Source: Geotalea daltonii FRC-32 (GTDB taxonomy: Bacteria; Desulfobacterota; Desulfuromonadia; Geobacterales; Geobacteraceae). Taken from it: a stretch of DNA of 32,000 nucleotides. Below the pieces are notes generated by a model, which did no database searches, was not told where the DNA came from, and worked only from the letters and a program-made list of their open reading frames with translations. A program made the position numbers and the translations under genes. This document shows, piece by piece, positions 25,771 to 32,000 of this stretch (position 1 is the first letter of the stretch; each line of letters begins with the position of its first letter). The stretch spans positions 1,290,001 through 1,322,000 of the forward strand of contig NC_011979.1 of NCBI RefSeq assembly GCF_000022265.1. The letters are read 5' to 3'.

Positions 25771-27387
25771 ATGCTGGAAATTTTGCGCAAAAGAAGAAGT
25801 ATCATCTCCCTGGTTGTCACGGTCCAATTGATACTGTCCTTGGCCGGATGCGGAACGACGGACACGATCGGCGGGGCGAAAAACGTCATCCTGGTTGTCG
25901 CAGACGGCATGCAGCTGGAGCACGAACGGGCTGCAGGCAATTACCTTTATGGCGCGCCCGAGGGGGCTTTGCAGCACCAGAAGTACAACTACAAGGGGGC
26001 AGCTTCCACTTGGGACGTGACCACCTACAACCGCTATGCCTTTGCGGCTTATTCCAGCAACGGTTTCAGCAGCAGGCGCTACAGCGACGCTACCGTCAAT
26101 CTGGACAATCTTGCAACCTTCGACCCCGCCCTCGGCTATAATCCTGCAAAAGGGGGAAAACTGCCCTATCGCCAGGATACCACTGGTCAGACCGGGTATT
26201 TCGGCACCAAAATAAAGGACAGCAGTACCGGCACTGCCAAATATCCCGCAACAGACTCGGCGTCGGCAGGCACGGCACTGGCGACCGGGTTCAAAACCGA
26301 TGACGGCAACATCGCCTGGCGTAGCGGCGATCCGGCCAACGGCCGACTTGCCAGCATCGCCGAAATGTATCGCAACCAGAAGAAGGCATCCATCGGCGTC
26401 GTCAGCACGGTACCCTTTTCCCACGCCACTCCGGCCGCTTTTGTCAGCCATAACACCAACCGCAACAACTACCAGGCCATAGCCCAGGAGATCATCACCG
26501 TGTCCCGTCCGGAGGTGGTCATTGGGGGCGGCAACCCCAACTTCAATGATCCGGCAGGGATTACCGGACCCGCTGCTTACCAGTATGTTGATGCTGCCGA
26601 TTATGCCGCGCTGAAAGGTTCGACCGAATACACTTTCATCGAGCGTAAGGCGGGTGTTGACGGCGGAACAGCCCTGTCCGGCGCGGCAGATGCTGCGGCG
26701 GCAGGAAACAAGAAGTTGTTCGGACTCTTCGGGGGCGCGGGAGGGAGTTTCGAATACCATAAACCAAGTAATGACGGTACTTCGCAGATTACCCGTGGTT
26801 CCATTGAAAATCCCACCCTTGCCGATGCTGCCAAGGCAGCACTTAAAGTGCTCGGCAAGAATCGGAACGGCTTTTTTCTCATGGTGGAGCAGGGGGACAT
26901 CGACTGGTCCAACCATGCCAACGATTATGCTTCCATGATCGGCGGCATCTGGGACCTGAACGAGGCGATTAAATCCATCGAAGCCTACGTGGATCAATCC
27001 GGGGATGATGTGACCTGGGATAACACCATGCTTATCGTCACCTCGGACCATGGCAACAGTTATATGCGTTTGGCGAAAGACCTGGCCAAAGGGAGCTTGC
27101 CGAAGCAGAACCCCATCAGTGACGGCGGCGCTCCGGCCGGCTATGACAGTTCCGTCGGCTATTATTACGATCCGACGGAGGTGACCTATGGCTTTGCAGG
27201 CAAAGGGGTCAACTCCCATTCCAACGAGCTGGTGACCCTCTATGGTAAGGGCGCCGGGCTGTCTCAGCTCTCCGCCTATCAGGGGCTCTGGTATCCGGGG
27301 ACGACCATTGTCGACAACACCCAGATTTTCAAGGCCATGCTGGGTGCACTGGGACTGATCGACGACAACCGCATCAAGGCCAACTGA
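25771..27387 (+). CDS. alkaline phosphatase family lipoprotein
   Basis: AGGAGGA lies 5 nt upstream of ATG 25771. Lipobox LSLAGC. Motifs VVADGM, the TDSASAGTA active-site Ser context, SHATPAAF, EQGDIDWSNHAN and TSDHGN. Confidence 0.88.
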   Translation: MLEILRKRRSIISLVVTVQLILSLAGCGTTDTIGGAKNVILVVADGMQLEHERAAGNYLYGAPEGALQHQKYNYKGAASTWDVTTYNRYAFAAYSSNGFSSRRYSDATVNLDNLATFDPALGYNPAKGGKLPYRQDTTGQTGYFGTKIKDSSTGTAKYPATDSASAGTALATGFKTDDGNIAWRSGDPANGRLASIAEMYRNQKKASIGVVSTVPFSHATPAAFVSHNTNRNNYQAIAQEIITVSRPEVVIGGGNPNFNDPAGITGPAAYQYVDAADYAALKGSTEYTFIERKAGVDGGTALSGAADAAAAGNKKLFGLFGGAGGSFEYHKPSNDGTSQITRGSIENPTLADAAKAALKVLGKNRNGFFLMVEQGDIDWSNHANDYASMIGGIWDLNEAIKSIEAYVDQSGDDVTWDNTMLIVTSDHGNSYMRLAKDLAKGSLPKQNPISDGGAPAGYDSSVGYYYDPTEVTYGFAGKGVNSHSNELVTLYGKGAGLSQLSAYQGLWYPGTTIVDNTQIFKAMLGALGLIDDNRIKAN

Positions 27388-27397
27388 GGTAAGCTGA

Positions 27398-28366
27398 ATG
27401 CGTTCTCACGGGGCTGAAGGTTGCGAAGTCTTCAGCCCTTCTTCTTTCCTGTCAGCAGATGAAGGTGCCTTACAAGGAATTTCTGTTACCCTTGAGGAGA
27501 TGACTTCACCTCTCCGCCAATATGCCGTTGCCGAAGATGCCATCCTCCGCTACCGCGTCCATGGCCACGGCAGCCAAAAGCTGATCCTGGTCCACGGTTT
27601 GGCTTCCCGCGCCGAAACCTGGACCGACCTCGTGCAGCTTTTCCCTCCCGACCGATATACACTCTATCTCCTCGATCTCCTTGGCTCGGGCGGATCGGCC
27701 AAACCTGCCAAGGCCGATTATTCAATTCGCGCCCATGGGCGCCGGCTGCTAAATTTCATTGAAGGATTGGGGCTTTCAGGAGTGACGCTTGTCGGGCATT
27801 CGCTGGGGGGAACGGTGGTACTTTTTGCGGCCATCGAGGCCCTGGCCGGACGGGAGGTGTTACTTAAATCTCTGGTCATCATTGGAGGGCCGGGATTCAT
27901 TCAGCGGCTGCCGCTCGTGGCGCAGGTATTCCGGTTTTCCCTGGCGGGCAAAGCGTTCGTTGCCATCCCTTCGCCGGAGGCGTGGGTAAAAGTCGGCCTG
28001 AAAGTCGCCTACTACGACAAAAGACTGGTGGACCGGGAGCACGTGGACCGCTATCTCCCCTGTTACCGGGACCGGGCCGCCAAACTGGCGCTGGTGGCAA
28101 CTTGCCGTGCCCTCGTCCCCCCCGACAGCGACAGGCTCATCGGCTGCTACGGAAAACTCCGTCTGCCCGTTCTATTGCTGTGGGGGCGGCATGACCGGAT
28201 TGTCAGTGTGTCACAGGGGGAACGGCTGAAAAAGGCAATTTCCGGAGCGAGGTTGGAGATTATCGGGGATTGCGGGCACAATCCCCAGGAAGAGAGGTCG
28301 GAAGAGACTTTCCGTATTATCGATGGTTTTATTCACCATCACATCAGCAGAACAAGCAACAGCTGA
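27398..28366 (+). CDS. alpha/beta hydrolase (second copy of the fold, cytoplasmic or unknown location)
   Basis: GAGG lies about 8 nt upstream of ATG 27398, 10 nt after the phosphatase stop. HG oxyanion motif LILVHGL, nucleophile GHSLGG, and C-terminal GDCGHNPQEE holding the catalytic His. An internal ATG at 27500 is an alternative start. Confidence 0.8.
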   Translation: MRSHGAEGCEVFSPSSFLSADEGALQGISVTLEEMTSPLRQYAVAEDAILRYRVHGHGSQKLILVHGLASRAETWTDLVQLFPPDRYTLYLLDLLGSGGSAKPAKADYSIRAHGRRLLNFIEGLGLSGVTLVGHSLGGTVVLFAAIEALAGREVLLKSLVIIGGPGFIQRLPLVAQVFRFSLAGKAFVAIPSPEAWVKVGLKVAYYDKRLVDREHVDRYLPCYRDRAAKLALVATCRALVPPDSDRLIGCYGKLRLPVLLLWGRHDRIVSVSQGERLKKAISGARLEIIGDCGHNPQEERSEETFRIIDGFIHHHISRTSNS

Positions 28367-29976
28367 ACAGCGACGATCTTGCCGATGGTGGCCACCGGAT
28401 AGACCGAGGCGTAGCCGATGTTCGGGAGGTCGTTGCCGGTCTGCTCCAGGGCATAGCCCAGTACGGCCGGTTGGGTCTGAAGGCCGGCGACCATGCCGAT
28501 CAACAGGCTGAAGGGAATCTTAAGCAGACGATGGCCGACCCAGAGGGTGGCAAGAGCGGTGAGACAAGTGATGGCGGCGCCGGCGGCGAAGATGGTCAGC
28601 CCGCCACCTTGGCTGAAGGTGGAGAAAAAGCTGTAGCCGGCCCGGGTGCCGACTCCGGCCAGGAAAAAGACCAGGCCGATCTGGCGCAGGGTCATGTTGG
28701 CGCCGTATGGCAGGCTCCAGACCATGGAGCCGGTGCGGCCGACGGTGCCGAGAATAAGGGCGACGATGAGCGGGCCTCCGGCAAAGCCGAGCTTGATGGT
28801 GATGCCTCCCGGCAGCGGCAGCGGGATAGTGCCGAGCAGCAGCCCCAGAGCTAGGCCGAGGCTGAAAGTCATGATGTCCACTTCGCTCACCGCCCGGTAC
28901 GAATCGCCGAAGTAGGAGGTGACCCTCCCTATCTCCCGGGTCCGGGTCAGAACTCGCACCCGGTCCCCCAGTTCCAGCACCATGTCCTCGTGGGGGAGAA
29001 AATCCACATCCCCGCGCCGCACCCTGGTAATCACTGCCCCGAACTTCTCCTGCAGCTTCAGTTCCCCGATGGCGCGCCCCGCCACATGGGTGTTTGAGAC
29101 GAAGATCCTGCGGTAATCGTATTCACTGCGGTCGAGGCCGATGTGCTCGCTGCTCTGCTCGCCCAGAAAAACGGCAACCCTGTGCAGCTCTTCCTCGGTT
29201 CCCACGGCAATCACCATGTCTCCCGGTTCTAAAACCGTCTGTGGTGTTGACAGAAAGACATGATTCCGGCGCTTGATGCGGCCGAACAGCACATCCCACT
29301 TCTGCTCGCGGCTCAGCTGGTCGATGGTAGCCGAGATATGGGCATGGGTGACGCTTATGGTGCAATTCAGGAGGGGCTCGCTGCTGGCGCCGAATGTATG
29401 CATTCTCTTTGCTTCGGCAGTGTAGTCGATATGCCAGAGACGCTGGACAATGGTGATGGCAAGGACGACGCCGATAACCCCAACCGGATAGGTGATGGAG
29501 TAGCCGACAACCGGTTCGGCCAGCATCAGTTCCACTGCCTGTGCCGGCGCGGTGTGTTTTATGGTCTCCAGGGCACTGGCCAGGGCAGGAGTGTTGGTCA
29601 GGCAGCCGGCGAACATTCCGGCGGTGAGGGAGGCCTTTAGGTGAAGAAGCCGGTGGGCGATGACGGCAAGTCCCGAGGCAAAAAAGAGCATGCCGATAAC
29701 CAGCAGGTTGTTGCGCAGTCCTTCCCGCCTTAGGGAAGCGACAAAGGCCGGGCCGCTGGACAGCCCGATGGTGTAAACGAACAGGCCGAGACCTAAGATG
29801 TAGACGATCTCCGGCAGCTTCAGGTCCGGATGGATAGAACCTACTGCCAGGCCGACAAAAAGAACGGCGGCAACGCCAAGGCAGCTGCCGTGGACCTTCA
29901 GCTGCCCCAGTGGGTAACCGATGGCTGCCACAACGAACAGCAGCAGAAGCGGGTTATTGATGAGAACTTGCAGCAT
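28339..29976 (-). CDS. AAE family transporter (YidE/YbjL/AspT type) with two central TrkA-C/RCK-C domains
   Basis: N-terminus LLLLFVVAAIGYPLGQLKVHG is typical of the family. Two 5-6 TM halves flank two RCK-C-like repeats (LEPGDMVIAVGTEEEL and LELGDRVRVLTRTREI). Confidence 0.88.
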   Translation of the reverse strand: MLQVLINNPLLLLFVVAAIGYPLGQLKVHGSCLGVAAVLFVGLAVGSIHPDLKLPEIVYILGLGLFVYTIGLSSGPAFVASLRREGLRNNLLVIGMLFFASGLAVIAHRLLHLKASLTAGMFAGCLTNTPALASALETIKHTAPAQAVELMLAEPVVGYSITYPVGVIGVVLAITIVQRLWHIDYTAEAKRMHTFGASSEPLLNCTISVTHAHISATIDQLSREQKWDVLFGRIKRRNHVFLSTPQTVLEPGDMVIAVGTEEELHRVAVFLGEQSSEHIGLDRSEYDYRRIFVSNTHVAGRAIGELKLQEKFGAVITRVRRGDVDFLPHEDMVLELGDRVRVLTRTREIGRVTSYFGDSYRAVSEVDIMTFSLGLALGLLLGTIPLPLPGGITIKLGFAGGPLIVALILGTVGRTGSMVWSLPYGANMTLRQIGLVFFLAGVGTRAGYSFFSTFSQGGGLTIFAAGAAITCLTALATLWVGHRLLKIPFSLLIGMVAGLQTQPAVLGYALEQTGNDLPNIGYASVYPVATIGKIVAVQLLLVLLM

Positions 29977-29980
29977 GGAC

Positions 29981-30025
29981 CTGCCGATAAGAAGAAAATT
30001 AAAATGATATTTTTCTTATCGGCAG
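29981..30025. repeat. 13-bp perfect inverted repeat (extendable to about 16 bp) 4 nt upstream of the transporter start codon
   Basis: CTGCCGATAAGAA (29981-29993) pairs with TTCTTATCGGCAG (30013-30025) around an AT-rich loop. The start codon on the minus strand is at 29976-29974. Confidence 0.8.
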
Positions 30026-30104
30026 TTTGTACCTGAGCTGAAACAATTTTGCGGCAACGCAGCAGAGCGATCCCGCAATAGTTTTTCAACAACCTGCTGG
30101 AAGG

Positions 30105-30956
30105 TCAGCCTCCGACGATGGTGCCGCCGTTGGGGTGAAGGACCTGTCCTGTCATGTAGGAGCCCCCCTGGGAGGCGAGAAAGACATAGCTGTATGCAAT
30201 CTCAACCGGCTGGCCAGCCCTTTTCAGTGTCACGTTTTCGCCGAACTGTTCCACCTTCTCCTGCGGGAAACTTGCCGGGATGAGCGGGGTCCAGACCGGT
30301 CCCGGTGCGACTGCATTGACCAGTATTCCTTTTTCCGCAAGGGAGAGGGCCAGGGAGCGGGTAAAGGCGACGATGGCCCCCTTGGTGGAGGAGTAATCGA
30401 TCAATTTCGGGTTTCCCTTGAAGGCGGTTACCGAGGTGGTGTTGATGATCCTTCCCCCTTCCCCCATATGCTTCAGGGATGCCGCCGCCATATGGAAATA
30501 GGCGAAGATGTTGGTCCTGAAGGTTCGCTCCAGCTGCTCGGCCGAGATGTCTTCAATGGTTTCGGCATAGTGCTGCTCGGCGGCATTGTTGACCAGGATA
30601 TCGATCCTGCCGAATCGGGCCGCCGTCTTTTGCACAATGCCGGTACAGAAAGCTTTATCGGCCACGTCCCCCTGGAAATAAAGACAGTCCACACCTTCCC
30701 GCTTGACGATCTCCCATGTCTCCATGGCGTCCTGCTCTTCCTTCAGGTAGGCAAAGGCCACGTCGGCCCCTTCCCTGGCGAAGGCGATGGCCACTGCCCG
30801 GCCGATACCGCTGTCACCGCCGGTGATGAGCGCCTTTTTCCCCTTAAGCCGGCCACTACCAGCGTATGAAAGTTCGCCGCTGTCGGGACGTGGCGTCATT
30901 TGCTGTTCAACGCCGGGCTGTTCCTGCTGCTGCGGTGGAAAACTCTTATCGCTCAT
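30105..30956 (-). CDS. SDR family oxidoreductase, YghA/YdaD (general-stress) type
   Basis: Pro/Gln-rich N-terminus, then KALITGGDSGIGRAVA, NNAA, the Y-x3-K region (YSSTKGA), and a C-terminal GQVLHPNGG. GAGGG lies 7 nt upstream of ATG 30956, and TTG 30962 is an alternative start. Confidence 0.9.
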   Translation of the reverse strand: MSDKSFPPQQQEQPGVEQQMTPRPDSGELSYAGSGRLKGKKALITGGDSGIGRAVAIAFAREGADVAFAYLKEEQDAMETWEIVKREGVDCLYFQGDVADKAFCTGIVQKTAARFGRIDILVNNAAEQHYAETIEDISAEQLERTFRTNIFAYFHMAAASLKHMGEGGRIINTTSVTAFKGNPKLIDYSSTKGAIVAFTRSLALSLAEKGILVNAVAPGPVWTPLIPASFPQEKVEQFGENVTLKRAGQPVEIAYSYVFLASQGGSYMTGQVLHPNGGTIVGG

Positions 30957-30975
30957 GATCAAGCCCTCACATGGA

Positions 30976-31137
30976 CTATTTCATTCTTTCCCTCACCATC
31001 CAATGGTGACCCTTGCTTTTGGCGTGATTCATGCCAGCTTCCTTGGCCACTTCCCTGCTGGGTAGCCAGCCGGTAATGGCGCCGCAGCCATCGGTGCAGT
31101 GGGGCAGATATTCATGGTCGGTATAGTCGAAATCCAT
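30976..31137 (-). CDS. small (53 aa) Cys/His-containing hypothetical protein
   Basis: GGGAGG lies 5 nt upstream of ATG 31137. Sequence MDFDYTDHEYLPHCTDGCGAITGW...KSKGHHWMVRERMK. It ends 19 nt before the SDR start. No family recognised. Confidence 0.45.
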   Translation of the reverse strand: MDFDYTDHEYLPHCTDGCGAITGWLPSREVAKEAGMNHAKSKGHHWMVRERMK

Positions 31138-31218
31138 TCGGACCTCCCGGGACTTTTGAGTCCCCAGGCTCCTGTCAAGTCTGATGATTAATGTCATCTC
31201 AAAGCCGGAAGCCTTTAC

Positions 31219-31821
31219 TCAACGGCCAGTGCCGGTCGAACTGGAATACGTTCCCATGGTGCCGCCGGCGCCTTGACCCTCTACTCCGAATTTATAGCTG
31301 CCGGATCTGCCACCGGTAATACCACCCATACCCTGACTGGTGTCGGTCCCGGTGGTGGTGTCGGGAGAGACTCCGGGATAACTGCCGCCAGTGCGGGTAT
31401 CCACATCGATGCCGTAATCGCCGTGGGTTGAGCCACCAGCACCGCTGCTGCTGTAGCTCTTATAAGTAGCTCCTCCCGCACCGCTGCCGCTCTCCACTCC
31501 GTAACCGGATGTTCCGCCTGTGGAAGTTCCGCGTTCCTCCCGGTACTCAATGGCTCCGCCTGGGCCGCCACTTTCGAAGCTTCTGTAGATGGTAGCTCCA
31601 CCGGGTCCGCTACTGCTGTAGCTTCGGAAGATGGTTTCTCCGCCAGGGCCGCTGCTGCTGTAGCTCCGATAGATAGTTGCTCCTCCGGCACCCGAGCCGG
31701 CGTCAGAACCAAGACCAACTGCAGGTTCGTCCATGGTTTCGTTGTCGTCTGCGCTGAAAGCCAATCCTGACAGGGCAACCAGCGCTGCAGTGACAAAAAT
31801 AAGACGTTTCGCATTGTTCAT
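31219..31821 (-). CDS. secreted Gly/Ser/Tyr/Thr-rich tandem-repeat protein, hypothetical
   Basis: AGGAGGAA lies 6 nt upstream of ATG 31821. Signal peptide MNNAKRLIFVTAALVALSGLAFSA. The mature part is low-complexity with repeats of the type SGxGG(A/E)TI(Y/F)RSYSS. Confidence 0.7.
   Translation of the reverse strand: MNNAKRLIFVTAALVALSGLAFSADDNETMDEPAVGLGSDAGSGAGGATIYRSYSSSGPGGETIFRSYSSSGPGGATIYRSFESGGPGGAIEYREERGTSTGGTSGYGVESGSGAGGATYKSYSSSGAGGSTHGDYGIDVDTRTGGSYPGVSPDTTTGTDTSQGMGGITGGRSGSYKFGVEGQGAGGTMGTYSSSTGTGR
31531..31695 (-). repeat. approximately 42-nt (14-codon) tandem repeats inside the Gly/Ser/Tyr-rich CDS
   Basis: Consecutive units SGAGGATIYRSYSS, SGPGGETIFRSYSS, SGPGGATIYRSFES and GGPGGAIEYREERG. 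Degenerate copies occur further downstream (SGAGGATYKSYSS, SGAGGSTHGDYG, QGAGGTMGTYSS). Confidence 0.8.
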
Positions 31822-32000
31822 CGCTGTTCCTCCTTTGTCTGGGTGTGTTGTGCTGTCAGCTGTATCATGGGTTTTGTAAATTTACTGCGGGCCGATCTGC
31901 TCCGTTGACTCGTTTGACTCGGCTTCCAGCCGACCAGTCACTTTTTCAAGCCCTGGGGTAGAGCAGTCGCCTTGTGAAAGCGCTACGCCAGAGGCTACTG

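Noticed and set aside
25732-27219. 495-codon minus-strand ORF antisense to the alkaline phosphatase gene
   Set aside because: Same reasoning. The phosphatase frame has the DSA active-site and metal-ligand motifs, while the antisense translation is featureless and Gly/Arg/Val-rich.
28270-28854. 194-codon plus-strand ORF antisense to the transporter
   Set aside because: The product is Gly/Ala/Asp-rich and low-complexity. The opposite frame encodes a coherent multi-TM AAE transporter.
31281-31814. 177-codon alternative minus-strand frame inside the Gly/Ser/Tyr-rich gene
   Set aside because: The repetitive GC-rich DNA keeps a second frame open. That frame lacks the RBS-ATG context and the clean signal peptide of the 31821 frame. 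I cannot fully exclude it without expression data.
31905-31921. Tandem repeat TTGACTCG-TTTGACTCG as an operator upstream of the Gly/Ser/Tyr-rich gene
   Set aside because: A minus-strand reading frame is open from the window edge (32000) to a TAA at 31884-31882 and passes through this repeat (..ESNEST..). The repeat may simply be coding sequence of an edge-truncated gene. This cannot be resolved from the window.

Overview
This window looks like a chromosomal core region of a Gram-negative anaerobe, dominated by cell-envelope, signalling and housekeeping genes. Gene content (Cache-HAMP-PAS-GGDEF-EAL sensor, REC-PP2C, DUF1847, Cys-rich 4Fe-4S protein) and roughly 55-58% GC suggest a Desulfuromonadales/Geobacter-type organism, but that is impression only. 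I call about 33 protein genes and 3 tRNAs: Ser-UGA, Ser-GCU and Arg-ACG. Four intrinsic terminators and a few sigma70-like promoters are also called, the promoters at low confidence. I found no rRNA, CRISPR array, transposase, integrase, prophage or recognisable defence or toxin-antitoxin genes. The claim of a novel system therefore rests on gene-neighbourhood inference, not on a clear signature. The best candidates are: (1) a co-directional Lpp-like lipoprotein (C-terminal Lys), LysM-YkuD L,D-transpeptidase and DegP cluster; (2) a translationally coupled trio of secreted alpha/beta-hydrolase, MlaA and Cys-rich 4Fe-4S protein; (3) a secreted Gly/Ser/Tyr-rich protein built of 14-residue tandem repeats, next to a small Cys/His protein and a YghA/YdaD-like SDR; (4) a trio of Ig-like secreted protein, DUF2288 and DUF1847. 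At the nucleotide scale I noted five things. One is an apparent serS-tRNA-tRNA-lipoprotein-tRNA transcription unit with an inverted heptamer microsatellite in the tRNA spacer. Another is a 13-bp perfect inverted repeat abutting a transporter start codon. The others are a probable leaderless mRNA, paired TGACGGTCA palindromes, and a Cys motif in the sensor PAS domain. All family assignments come from motif recognition by eye, with no database search run.
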